35,674 bases of DNA from Alphaproteobacteria bacterium (GCA_018969935.1 JAGWXJ010000003.1:1-35674); one strand, 5' to 3'. Counted from the stretch's first letter, positions 1-9,064 are shown. A program made the numbers and translations. Notes: generated by a model not told the origin, from the sequence alone.

Positions 1-8
1 CTTTTTAA

Positions 9-69
9 AATAGGCTTATTCCTATTATATGGCCTATTGACGCCCCTTTAAAAGGTAATTATTCCTATT
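9..69 (+). promoter_or_regulatory. Putative sigma70 promoter overlapped by repeated CCTATT operator-like sites
   Basis: TTGACG (37-42)-17 nt-TATTCC (60-65). CCTATT at 21-26, 33-38 and 64-69; its inverse AATAGG at 9-14; direct repeat TTATTCCTATT at 16-26 and 59-69. Confidence 0.55.
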
Positions 70-88
70 GAGATAAACGGAGGTTTCA

Positions 89-685
89 ATGAAAAAGACA
101 TATATCAAAAACCATAAAAACAAGGGCATTATCTTTGAAGGCACATTCCCGAACCAGCGCGCCGCTTTGGAAGCCGCCGTCCGTGACCACGTATCGCTCG
201 CCTATGCCGATCTGCGCGGCGCACGCCTGAACAACGCAAACCTTGATGGCGCCGATTTGCGTTTCGCCCAGCTGGAAAACGCATCGCTTGTCGGCGCAAA
301 TCTATCCGAAACCGATTTCACGGGGGCCTCCCTTGGCAACGCCGATTGCAGCCTCGCCTGCCTGTGCGAATGCCGTTTACAGGATGCCGATTGTACGGAC
401 ACGGTTTTCGCAGGCACCCTCGTTGGCGGCAGCACCATCGATAATACGATTTTCACGGCGCTCTCGGCCTTTGCCTTGCCCTTTGCCGGTATAAACGCGG
501 GGCGCAACATCCTGCACCATGATGGCAGGGTTTATACATTTACGGGTGCACCCGTTGTTATCAGCGGCCTGCCCAAACGCATAGCCCTGCTGGATAACGC
601 GGTTATCATAGGCAACACGGCCTATGCGCGCGGCGGTTTTTCATCAAGCTGGCTGGCTGAATTGCAACGCCTGTGCGTTGCCTGA
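89..685 (+). CDS. Pentapeptide repeat protein
   Basis: GGAGG RBS upstream; tandem A[DN]Lxx repeats (ADLRG ARLNN ANLDG ADLRF AQLEN ASLVG ANLSE). Confidence 0.9.
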   Translation: MKKTYIKNHKNKGIIFEGTFPNQRAALEAAVRDHVSLAYADLRGARLNNANLDGADLRFAQLENASLVGANLSETDFTGASLGNADCSLACLCECRLQDADCTDTVFAGTLVGGSTIDNTIFTALSAFALPFAGINAGRNILHHDGRVYTFTGAPVVISGLPKRIALLDNAVIIGNTAYARGGFSSSWLAELQRLCVA

Positions 686-690
686 TGCGG

Positions 691-777
691 TGGTGGCCCC
701 GGCCGGAATCGAACCGGCACGCCCTTACGGACTCACGATTTTAAGTCGTGTGCGTCTACCAGTTCCGCCACGGGGCC
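691..777 (-). tRNA. tRNA-Leu (anticodon UAA)
   Basis: Reverse complement gives acceptor stem GGCCCCG/CGGGGCC, D-arm with TGGTAGAC, anticodon loop CTTAAAA, long variable arm, GGTTCGATTCC T-arm and encoded CCA; 87 nt. Confidence 0.97.
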
Positions 778-941
778 ATCATCACACCCGCGAAGATACG
801 GGAAATTGCACACGCGTCAACACAAACGCCGCCGGCAGCGGCGCGGCATGCCATTTGCGCAACCATTAAACCCTTGATTTCTGGGGGTTTGCGCCCTAGC
901 GTTTCTTCTGTCCCGTACAACAAAAAATCAGGGTGTGTGTC

Positions 942-1475
942 ATGAAACGTGCAATCATCGGCGGCGCTTTTATGCTTGCCGCAGCTATCCCCCAACCGGC
1001 GCAGGCCCAGCGCCTTTCCGTGCCTGCAGGCGTAACCCCGCTGCAATATGACCGCGATATCCCCATCGTTTCGGCGCAGGGGTTTCAGGTTGCCACGATG
1101 GAAATCAAAAATCTGGATGACGTACGCTCATGGCTCCAAATGAAACGCCGTGGCCAGCCCCTGCCCGCCAACGCCGCCATGCGCGTGAATTACTATCTGG
1201 CTGCCAACAGCGGGCTTGATAAACAGGCACCGGCCTTCGTTATCTACGCGCCCGATATTGCGCCCGCCCGCGTCCAGCAAACAGGGCCGCAGGCCTGCGC
1301 CGCCTACTTCAATACGCGCTTCGATTACCAGACCAACTCATCGGAAACTGAGGCCGATATTTTTCTGGGCACCGCAGGTTCCATGCTGGAAGCCCTGTCG
1401 CGCTACGGCTGCATAATCGTGCACAACCAGCGCCATATCCGCGAAGGGCGCATACCCGTCCTTAACAAGCCGTAA
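942..1475 (+). CDS. Hypothetical exported protein
   Basis: Sec signal-like N-terminus MKRAIIGGAFMLAAAIPQPAQA; ATG at 942 preferred over the ORF-track start at 933. Confidence 0.7.
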   Translation: MKRAIIGGAFMLAAAIPQPAQAQRLSVPAGVTPLQYDRDIPIVSAQGFQVATMEIKNLDDVRSWLQMKRRGQPLPANAAMRVNYYLAANSGLDKQAPAFVIYAPDIAPARVQQTGPQACAAYFNTRFDYQTNSSETEADIFLGTAGSMLEALSRYGCIIVHNQRHIREGRIPVLNKP

Positions 1476-2222
1476 TCAGTATTGCGGCACGGCGCCCGCG
1501 CCCTGCATCAGCGTACCTACTTCGCGTATGGCAGCCTCAACAGCCGCTTCGTCAGCCCCGCGCACCACAATCGTGGTGTGCGGCTGCTGGTTGGGCGTAA
1601 ACTTGGGGTAGGAACCGACCGTGATACCCGCATACTTGGCTTCTATGGCAGCAAGCCCGCCCGCTATAACGCTTTCGGGCACATCAGCCGATACGCTGCG
1701 GGAATGGATGACGGCACCACCCTGCAGTTTCGGCAACACGCCTTCCAGCATCGCGGCCATGATTTTCGGCACACCCGCCATCACATGCACATTCTCCAGT
1801 ATGAAACCGGGCGCCGTTGAAACAGGGTTGTCTATCAGCGCGGCCCCAACGGGGATGTCCGCCATCTTCGCGCGCCCTGCATTGATGTTCTCTTCCCCCG
1901 CATAATGCACGACAAGGCGGCGCCAGGCCTCGGCGTTACGCTCCAGCTTGGTGCCGAAAGCCTTGGCCATCGCCTCGGCGGTTTTGTCATCATGCGTGGG
2001 GCCAATGCCGCCCGTTGAAAAAACATAGGTGAATTTTTTGCGCAGCGCGTTCACCGTATCGACAATCGTTTCAATGACATCAGGCACAACCCGCACTTCC
2101 TGCACCTGTATCCCCCGCTCGCCCAGCATCTTGGCAATCGTCTGCACATTTGTATCCAGCGTGCGGCCGGAAAGGATTTCATCGCCGATAATCAAAATGG
2201 CTGCGGTGACAAGATTTTGCAT
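1476..2222 (-). CDS. CinA-like molybdopterin-binding domain protein (competence/damage-inducible protein A family)
   Basis: Motifs IIGDEILSGRTLDTN, VRVVPD, STGGIGPTHDDKT, MAGVP; start trimmed to ATG 2222. Confidence 0.9.
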   Translation of the reverse strand: MQNLVTAAILIIGDEILSGRTLDTNVQTIAKMLGERGIQVQEVRVVPDVIETIVDTVNALRKKFTYVFSTGGIGPTHDDKTAEAMAKAFGTKLERNAEAWRRLVVHYAGEENINAGRAKMADIPVGAALIDNPVSTAPGFILENVHVMAGVPKIMAAMLEGVLPKLQGGAVIHSRSVSADVPESVIAGGLAAIEAKYAGITVGSYPKFTPNQQPHTTIVVRGADEAAVEAAIREVGTLMQGAGAVPQY

Positions 2223-2266
2223 AAATAAAACCAATCGTGCTAAGGGTTCGCGGGTAAAAACCATAG

Positions 2267-2695
2267 ATGCAGGATGAAAAGATGCAAGACTGCGCATCCA
2301 CACAATTTGAAACCGCCGCAAAGCCGCAAACGTTCCGCCCTTCTGTCAGGTATGCTGTTGGCTTTAGCAAGCTGTCGTCCTACTTCGGTAAGGTCAGCGG
2401 CGCAAGCTTGGTAATCATAGGCACGACAGGCATACCCACAAGCATTCTGTATACGGCCATCACGGGCGACTTTTTAACCGGCATTTATTTCGGTTATGAA
2501 AGCCTGAAAAGCGCATTCGTGGGCGCGCTGCTGTTTACCGCAAGCCACGCCACCATCAGCGCCATCGGCACCTACAGGGAAGTCGTGGAAAATACATCCT
2601 TCGGCAAAACCTATTCGGGTTCCGAGGTTTTAATGGCCTACCACCGCAGGTTCAACGGGCAATTCACCCAGTTCAATCCGTTCCGTCTGAACTGA
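2267..2695 (+). CDS. Hypothetical membrane protein
   Basis: 142-aa ORF filling the intergenic space, with two hydrophobic segments; no recognised motif. Confidence 0.55.
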   Translation: MQDEKMQDCASTQFETAAKPQTFRPSVRYAVGFSKLSSYFGKVSGASLVIIGTTGIPTSILYTAITGDFLTGIYFGYESLKSAFVGALLFTASHATISAIGTYREVVENTSFGKTYSGSEVLMAYHRRFNGQFTQFNPFRLN

Positions 2696-2754
2696 AAAAA
2701 AGCCCACAAGACTTTGCATTTCACAAATCGGGCCTGAAAGGTTAATCTGCAGGC

Positions 2755-3561
2755 ATGAAAGACGTACAAAAACGCTCGCGGGACGGTATCCCGCTGCACG
2801 ATGCTTCCGCTTTCGCCTCCATGCGCGCGGCAGGCAAGCTCGCGGCCGAAACGCTGGACTACATCACGCCCTTCGTAAAAACAGGCGTGACAACCGAGGA
2901 ACTGGACAGGCTCTGCCACGACTTCATTACAAAGCACGGCGCCATCCCCGCACCGCTGGGCTACAAGGGCTACCCCAAATCCATCTGCACCTCGATCAAC
3001 GAAGTCGTGTGCCACGGCATCCCCGAAAAGCGCGAGCTGAAGGACGGCGATATCGTCAACATCGATGTCACGGTCATCCTCGACGGCTGGTACGGCGATA
3101 CCTCGCGCATGTACTGGGCGGGTGAGCCTTCCATCAAGGCCCGCCGCCTGACCGACATCACCTACCGCTCCATGATGGCGGGCATCGAGGCCGTAAAACC
3201 GGGCGCGACGCTCGGCTGCATCGGCCACGCCATCCAGACGCTGGCCGAAGCCGAACACTGCTCCGTCGTGCGCGATTTCTGCGGCCACGGCCTTGGCCGC
3301 GTGTTCCACGATACGCCCTCCGTGCTGCATTACGGCGAGCCGCATACCGGCGCCGTGCTGGAACCGGGGATGCTCTTTACCATCGAGCCGATGATCAACC
3401 TCGGCGACTGGCGCACGAAAGTGAAGTCCGATGGCTGGACAGCCGTCACCAAGGACCGCTCGCTCTCCGCCCAGTTCGAGCACACGATCGGCGTGACGGA
3501 AACGGGCTACGAAATTTTTACACTTTCACCAAAAAATCTTCATTTTCCTCCATATGCCTGA
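2755..3561 (+). CDS. map: Type I methionine aminopeptidase
   Basis: SICTSINEVVCHGIP, GDIVNIDVT, GDTSR, FCGHGLG, FTIEPMIN, SAQFEHT. Confidence 0.97.
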   Translation: MKDVQKRSRDGIPLHDASAFASMRAAGKLAAETLDYITPFVKTGVTTEELDRLCHDFITKHGAIPAPLGYKGYPKSICTSINEVVCHGIPEKRELKDGDIVNIDVTVILDGWYGDTSRMYWAGEPSIKARRLTDITYRSMMAGIEAVKPGATLGCIGHAIQTLAEAEHCSVVRDFCGHGLGRVFHDTPSVLHYGEPHTGAVLEPGMLFTIEPMINLGDWRTKVKSDGWTAVTKDRSLSAQFEHTIGVTETGYEIFTLSPKNLHFPPYA

Positions 3562-4240
3562 GGCCGCACCAAAGCACCACGAAGGCCATCGCGCGCGGCT
3601 CAAATCCCGCTTCCTTGATGCGGGCCCGCAGGCCCTCGCCGATTACGAATTGCTGGAATTGCTGCTGTTCATGGCCATCCCGCGGCGCGATGTAAAACCG
3701 CTGGCCAAGGCCCTGCTTGCCCGCTTTGGCGATATCGGCGCGGTCTTTGCGGCCCAACCGCACGATATGCTGGAAGTCGAGGGCATGACGGATGGCGCAG
3801 TCGTGGCCCTCAAGGCCATCGATGCCGCAGCCGCCCGCATCGGCAAGGCCGCAGTGGCCAACAAACCCGTGTTTTCATCCTACGCCCGCGTGCTGGATTA
3901 CTGCACAACCGTCATGGCCCGCGAAAAGGTGGAACAATTCCGCGTCCTCTACCTCAACCGCAAAAACATGCTGGAAGCCGATGAGGTCCACCAGCAAGGC
4001 ACCGTTGACCAATCCGCCGTCTTCCCGCGCGAGATTGTCAAACGCGCCCTCGCCCACGGCGCAACAGCCATCATTCTTGTCCACAACCACCCGAGCGGTG
4101 ATCCAACCCCCTCCGACGCCGACATCGAACTGACAGGCGAAATCGTACGGGCTATGGACCCGCTCGGGATTGTGGTACATGACCATCTGATAATCGCCCG
4201 CAACGGGCACACCAGCTTCAAAAAACAAGGACTGCTCTGA
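3554..4240 (+). CDS. radC: RadC family JAB-domain protein
   Basis: GHRARL...DYELLELLL N-terminus; HNHPSGDPTPSDAD and HDHLII motifs. Confidence 0.95.
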   Translation: MPEAAPKHHEGHRARLKSRFLDAGPQALADYELLELLLFMAIPRRDVKPLAKALLARFGDIGAVFAAQPHDMLEVEGMTDGAVVALKAIDAAAARIGKAAVANKPVFSSYARVLDYCTTVMAREKVEQFRVLYLNRKNMLEADEVHQQGTVDQSAVFPREIVKRALAHGATAIILVHNHPSGDPTPSDADIELTGEIVRAMDPLGIVVHDHLIIARNGHTSFKKQGLL

Positions 4241-5538
4241 TGATCCCCCGCTACACCCGCCCCGACATGGCCAAAATCTGGGAACCCGAGAACCGCTTCA
4301 ACATCTGGCTGGATATCGAAATCTACGCCGCCGAGGCGATGGAAAAACTGGGCGTCATCCCCAAGGGCGTGGCCGCCAAAACCCGCAAGCTCGCAAAATT
4401 CGATGTCGCCCGCATCGACGAAATCGAAAAGGAAGTCAAACACGACGTCATCGCCTTCCTGACCAACGTAGCCGAATACGTGGGCCCCGAAGCCCGTTTC
4501 ATCCATCAGGGCATGACGAGTTCCGATGTCGTGGACACCTGCTTCTCCGTCCAGTGCACGCAGGCCATTGATATCATCATCAAGGATGTTGACCGTTTGC
4601 TCGCCGCCCTTAAAAAACGTGCTATCGAGCACAAAAACACCATCTGCGTTGGCCGCAGCCACGGCATCCATGCCGAGCCCACAACCTTTGGCCTGAAACT
4701 CGCGGGCCACTATGCCGCCTTCAAGCGTTGCAAACAACGCCTCAAGGACGCCCGCAAGGAAGTAGCCGTGTGCATGATATCAGGCCCCGTTGGCACCCAC
4801 GCCTCCGTTGACCCCGCGGTGCAGGAACACGTAGCCAAAAAAATGGGGCTGGTGGCCGAAAGCGTCTCAACGCAGGTCATCCCGCGCGATAGGTACGCGG
4901 CCTACTTTGCAGCCCTTGGTGTAACCGCCAGCTGCATGGAAAATCTGGCCACGGAGGTGCGCCACCTCCAGCGCACCGAGGTGCGCGAGGCCGCTGAATA
5001 TTTCAGCAAAGGCCAAAAAGGCTCCAGCGCCATGCCGCATAAAAAGAACCCCATCCTCACCGAGAACATTTGCGGCCTCGCCCGCGTTGTCCGCATGGCC
5101 GTGGTGCCTGCCATGGAAAACGTGGCCCTGTGGCATGAACGGGACATCAGCCATAGCAGCGTCGAGCGCGTCATCGGCCCCGATGCCACGATTGCCCTCG
5201 ATTTCGCGTTGAACCGCATGGCCGGCGTCATCGAACAACTGCTGGTGTATCCAGAGAGGATGAAGAAAAACCTCAACAGCCTCGGCGGTCTGGTCTACTC
5301 CCAGCGCGTGCTGCTGGCCCTAACGCAAGCAGGCGTAAGCCGCGAGGATGCCTACCGCATCGTCCAGAAAAACGCGATGGATGTGTGGGACAGCGACGGC
5401 GAAAAATCATTCGCCGCCCTTTTAAAGAAAGACAAAATCGTCAGCAAAAAACTAAAACCCAAACAAATCGACGCCATCTTCGACAACGCCTTCTACACCA
5501 AGCACGTCGATAAGGTGTTTAAGGGAGTCTTCGGATAG
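4240..5538 (+). CDS. purB: Adenylosuccinate lyase
   Basis: MIPRY start, KHDVIAF, GRSHGIHAEPTTFG, signature GSSAMPHKKNP, WHERDISHSS. Confidence 0.98.
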   Translation: MIPRYTRPDMAKIWEPENRFNIWLDIEIYAAEAMEKLGVIPKGVAAKTRKLAKFDVARIDEIEKEVKHDVIAFLTNVAEYVGPEARFIHQGMTSSDVVDTCFSVQCTQAIDIIIKDVDRLLAALKKRAIEHKNTICVGRSHGIHAEPTTFGLKLAGHYAAFKRCKQRLKDARKEVAVCMISGPVGTHASVDPAVQEHVAKKMGLVAESVSTQVIPRDRYAAYFAALGVTASCMENLATEVRHLQRTEVREAAEYFSKGQKGSSAMPHKKNPILTENICGLARVVRMAVVPAMENVALWHERDISHSSVERVIGPDATIALDFALNRMAGVIEQLLVYPERMKKNLNSLGGLVYSQRVLLALTQAGVSREDAYRIVQKNAMDVWDSDGEKSFAALLKKDKIVSKKLKPKQIDAIFDNAFYTKHVDKVFKGVFG

Positions 5539-5540
5539 AG

Positions 5541-6287
5541 ATGGCATCTGATAACCTTCCAATAGACATCCTTGAATTCGTTACTCGCGAACAAAAGAAT
5601 TTTTTGGTTAGCCTACATAATCAAAAAGAAGAAATAGCAGCACTTCAGCATTTGCAAGGTCTTTACGAGGCTTCATTAACTCTAAAAGAAGTAGACGAAA
5701 AAGATTTAATAATAATCCAACTTTTAACTTTCATTCACTACCACTACTTATACGCAACAGCGTCTTACATGAGATGCCATTTAAACGAAGCTTACGCCTC
5801 TGGAAGGATAGCAATAGACGCCGCTTTAAATGCAGGATTAATCCTCCAAGACAGATCTCTTCAAGTTAAGTATCTAAACAGAGAAGCCCCTTTCGATAAG
5901 ACGGTACGCCATTACAAGAGCTTACCCAAAAAAGGCTTAGAAGTGCACAAGTTCATCCCTGCACTTATCGACATTAATCAGAAATGTAGCATGCTTTGTC
6001 ATGCAGATATTTCCTCATTTCTTCACAGAGTAAATATAGAAAAATCAAAAGAAACGCAGACTCTTTACGTCCAGTATTTTCAGTTTTCACAAGATAAGAA
6101 TGAATTCAAAATTCACTTTCTTCAAACAATTCAAATTTTTGTATTATGTCTTGAAATTTTTTCTGAGTTTCTTGTCGACGAAAAGAAAATACTTCCTAAA
6201 AAATGGCACGAAGAGCTTACAGAACTAGGAACAGCTATTGAGACTAAGATAAACCAATTAAGAAAACTTCTTAATACAAGCGAATAG
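5541..6287 (+). CDS. AT-rich hypothetical all-helical protein, possibly HEPN-superfamily
   Basis: 248-aa ORF with much lower GC than neighbours; R-x3-D (GRIAIDAA) and S-x3-H (CSMLCH) patterns. The fold call is tentative. Confidence 0.75.
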   Translation: MASDNLPIDILEFVTREQKNFLVSLHNQKEEIAALQHLQGLYEASLTLKEVDEKDLIIIQLLTFIHYHYLYATASYMRCHLNEAYASGRIAIDAALNAGLILQDRSLQVKYLNREAPFDKTVRHYKSLPKKGLEVHKFIPALIDINQKCSMLCHADISSFLHRVNIEKSKETQTLYVQYFQFSQDKNEFKIHFLQTIQIFVLCLEIFSEFLVDEKKILPKKWHEELTELGTAIETKINQLRKLLNTSE

Positions 6288-6318
6288 TACAGCATTTGAA
6301 ATGCTACTAATGGCAAAC

Positions 6319-6353
6319 TTGCCATTAAAGGAATATAATCCTATACTGCGGAT
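6319..6353 (+). promoter_or_regulatory. Sigma70 promoter for a leaderless-type transcript
   Basis: TTGCCA (6319-6324)-17 nt-TATACT (6342-6347)-6 nt-ATG (6354). Confidence 0.7.
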
Positions 6354-6980
6354 ATGCCCTTATCCCCCGCACCACGCCCCCAAATAAAAATCTCCAAACG
6401 AACTGATAGGCCCCTGAAAAGGGCAATAAAACCAAGGCGATGGTCCGCAGCGCAGCGGGCTGAACGCGCATTGGCCATCCGCCGCATCAGCCCGTGGGCG
6501 CACTCCACCGGCCCGCGCACGCCTTCGGGCAAATCCCGCGCATCGCAAAACGCCCTCACACACGGCCTGTCCATCGTGCTCGCGGCCCTCCGCGCGCAGG
6601 CGCGTTTCCTTCGTCACTACAAAAAACGGCAAAACAAAAAGCCCGATGTTTCCATCGGGCTCTTGCAAAAATCTTGGTGCAACGGGCTGCGCTTAGGCGG
6701 CTTGTTGCAGGTTCGTGGCGGCGTCCTTGCCGCGTTCCGATTTGATTTCGTAGGAAACGCGCTGGCCTTCATTCAGCGTGCGCATGCCTGCCTGTTCAAC
6801 CGCGCTGATGTGTACAAACACATCCTTGTCGCCGTTGTCGGGCTGGATGAAACCGAAACCTTTTTGGTTGTTGAACCATTTAACCGTACCTGTAGCCATA
6901 GTGGCCTCCTTTGTAGAAAAAGCACTCTCGTGCATGGGCGCCAAACAACAATTGCAAAGCTACCCGTATCCGAAAAATGA
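6354..6980 (+). CDS. Basic protein with STGPRTxxGK...NAxxHG motif (HGGxSTG-like family); C-terminal half runs antisense through the cold-shock gene
   Basis: [25 protein letters not shown] is a recognisable motif; good promoter. Only about the first 95 codons look like genuine family sequence. Confidence 0.55.
   Translation: MPLSPAPRPQIKISKRTDRPLKRAIKPRRWSAAQRAERALAIRRISPWAHSTGPRTPSGKSRASQNALTHGLSIVLAALRAQARFLRHYKKRQNKKPDVSIGLLQKSWCNGLRLGGLLQVRGGVLAAFRFDFVGNALAFIQRAHACLFNRADVYKHILVAVVGLDETETFLVVEPFNRTCSHSGLLCRKSTLVHGRQTTIAKLPVSEK
6631..6661 (-). terminator. Intrinsic terminator of the cold-shock gene
   Basis: GCCCGATG-TTTC-CATCGGGC (6641-6660) with an A-run at 6631-6640, read as a U-tract on the minus strand. 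Confidence 0.85.
6693..6899 (-). CDS. cspA: Cold-shock protein (CspA family)
   Basis: [13 protein letters not shown]1 KGFGFI, RNP2 VFVHISA; AAGGAGG RBS. Confidence 0.97.
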   Translation of the reverse strand: MATGTVKWFNNQKGFGFIQPDNGDKDVFVHISAVEQAGMRTLNEGQRVSYEIKSERGKDAATNLQQAA

Positions 6981-7072
6981 CGATGTCTTGGAAAAAGCCC
7001 GTAGGCGTAGCAAGCGGTAACGTAAGCTCTCGAATAGCCGCAACATATACCAATTGCACCCAAAGCGCAAAC

Positions 7073-8014
7073 TTAACAGCCAATCGCCTCGGCGGCGTTG
7101 CGCAAAATCTCGGCGCTGCGGGCAAGGTCCGCGGTTTCCTGCTGGTCCAGCGGCGGCACAATCACGCGGGTAACCCCGCCCGCATTGATGATGGCGGGCA
7201 GGGAAAGCGATACATCGTTAATCCCGCAAACCTGCCTGTGGCGCTGCGTACATGTCAGCAGCGCGTTTTCATCTTCCATGATGGCCTTTACCAGCCGCGC
7301 CATGCCGGACCCGATGCCGTAATACGTGGCCCCCTTCCCTTTGATGATGCGCGCGGCAGCGCGGCGCACCCCGTCATCGATATCCTGCCTGATGATGCTG
7401 GATATCGCCTTGCCCGTATCCGCCGCAAACGTGGCCAGCGGTATGGTGCCTACCGCAGCGCCGGACCAGTGCAACACTTCGCTGTCCCCGTGTTCCCCCA
7501 GCACATACGCATGGACGGAATGGCTGGATACCCCGAGGTGCTGCGCAAGCAGCGCCCTGAAGCGCGCCGTATCCAGCATGGTGCCGGACCCGATGACACG
7601 GTGGCTGGGCACCCCTTCCGCGCGGGCAATGTCGCTTGCCAGCTGCGTCATCACATCCACGGGGTTGGTGGCTATCAGCAAAATGGCATCGGGTGCCGCG
7701 CGGATGATCTGCGGGATGATCCCCCTGAAGATATCCGCATTCCGTTTCAGCAAATCAAGGCGCGTTTCCCCCGGCTTCTGGTTCACGCCCGCCGCCACGA
7801 TGATGACGCCGCAATCATGCAGGTCGGCGTATTCGCCTGCCGTAACGGGCATCGCGCGCGCAAACGGTGTTGCGTGCAAAATGTCTTCGGCCTGTGCAAC
7901 GGCTAGGTCGGGGTTGTGGTCCACCAGCACGAGGCCCGTACCAACGCCGCGCAGCACGCACGCATTCGCGCATGCGCTCCCCACATACCCTACGCCCACA
8001 ACACCTGTTTTCAT
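7073..8014 (-). CDS. ldh: L-lactate dehydrogenase
   Basis: GVGYVG Rossmann motif, NQKPGETRLDL (Gln specificity residue of LDH rather than the Arg of MDH), NPVD, DTAR, GEHGDS, KGATYYGIG. Confidence 0.93.
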   Translation of the reverse strand: MKTGVVGVGYVGSACANACVLRGVGTGLVLVDHNPDLAVAQAEDILHATPFARAMPVTAGEYADLHDCGVIIVAAGVNQKPGETRLDLLKRNADIFRGIIPQIIRAAPDAILLIATNPVDVMTQLASDIARAEGVPSHRVIGSGTMLDTARFRALLAQHLGVSSHSVHAYVLGEHGDSEVLHWSGAAVGTIPLATFAADTGKAISSIIRQDIDDGVRRAAARIIKGKGATYYGIGSGMARLVKAIMEDENALLTCTQRHRQVCGINDVSLSLPAIINAGGVTRVIVPPLDQQETADLARSAEILRNAAEAIGC

Positions 8015-8203
8015 GGCACCCTCGCCCTCTTGTTTTACGGTAAGGAAATTATTGGAACCACCCAAGATTATCCTTGATTTTTGTTAAGCCAAAAATGGCG
8101 AAAATCTGTCTTTTTGGCGTTATTTCTTTGGGGTGGAACCTCCGCGCGTTCCCGTCTGTTGTCCCTCCGTTGGATGAATGCAAAACCCATAGGAGAATTG
8201 GAA

Positions 8204-9064
8204 ATGAAAACAGTATCAGGCGCGCATTATACGGCCCCTTATCACCAGCGCACCACCCTCAAGGCCTACACCCTCGAACCGACGGAGGAGATAGACGCCC
8301 CCACGCCGCACTCCCAGCTTCCCGATAACCGCCTCCCCCACATGGAAGACGATGACGATGATGACATCAGGCACCAGCCCCCAACGCTGCCCTATGCCAT
8401 CGATGTATCTTCGCCCATGCCCTCGGCGGCGGCCTTGGCCCTGCTACCCTTCGTCGTCGCTGAAAGACAAGGCAATAAGGTGATGTATACATTTGCCCCG
8501 CCCGCAAGTGTGCGCCCCGCTTCATGGCCCTCAGCGCGCTCGCTGGGCACAGCCGACGGCGTATCCATGCAATTCGTCGAACGCACCTGGACTCTATATA
8601 GCCAGATGCTCGCCGACGCCCATCTGGAACTGGTGCTCAAGCAGGCCACGGGCGTCCTGCCCCTTACGTTGCCCGAGGCCATCGCCCTCTACCAGCAACG
8701 CCCCGAATACCAAAACCTTGCGGGAATGGAGCAGGAGGAATTCAACAAAGCCCTTGCCGAAATCATAGCTTGGAGTGAAGCCAACGGTAACCCGCCCATG
8801 GCAACACTGGCACCCGAACACATCCACGCCCTGCTATTAAGCGTCGATGGCGATGTACAGAAACGGCAGGTTATCAGGGACGCACTGGACAAACTGTATC
8901 AGCACGCCCTTAATGAGGGGTACGTAACACAAAACGTAGCAACCGCTGCCCGCATGCCCGACCACGAGTGGGATTTGCATCGCCACATGCTGCCATTCCC
9001 CCACCCGATCCAGATATTTGCAAGGCCGCAACAATCCCAACCTGCCCCGATGCCTACACCTTGA
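8204..9064 (+). CDS. Hypothetical protein resembling the N-terminal DNA-binding domains of a tyrosine integrase, without a catalytic domain
   Basis: AGGAG RBS at 8191; segment LTLPEAIALYQQRPEYQNLA...GNPPMATLAPEHIHALL...LDKLYQHALNEGYVTQNVA resembles the core-binding (SAM-like) domain. Confidence 0.7.
   Translation: MKTVSGAHYTAPYHQRTTLKAYTLEPTEEIDAPTPHSQLPDNRLPHMEDDDDDDIRHQPPTLPYAIDVSSPMPSAAALALLPFVVAERQGNKVMYTFAPPASVRPASWPSARSLGTADGVSMQFVERTWTLYSQMLADAHLELVLKQATGVLPLTLPEAIALYQQRPEYQNLAGMEQEEFNKALAEIIAWSEANGNPPMATLAPEHIHALLLSVDGDVQKRQVIRDALDKLYQHALNEGYVTQNVATAARMPDHEWDLHRHMLPFPHPIQIFARPQQSQPAPMPTP

Noticed and set aside
624-1046. Short ORFs spanning the tRNA region
   Set aside because: They overlap tRNA-Leu or the 942 gene and are translation artefacts.
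8204-9064. Active prophage or integrative element
   Set aside because: No catalytic recombinase residues, att repeats or other phage genes; flanked by housekeeping genes.
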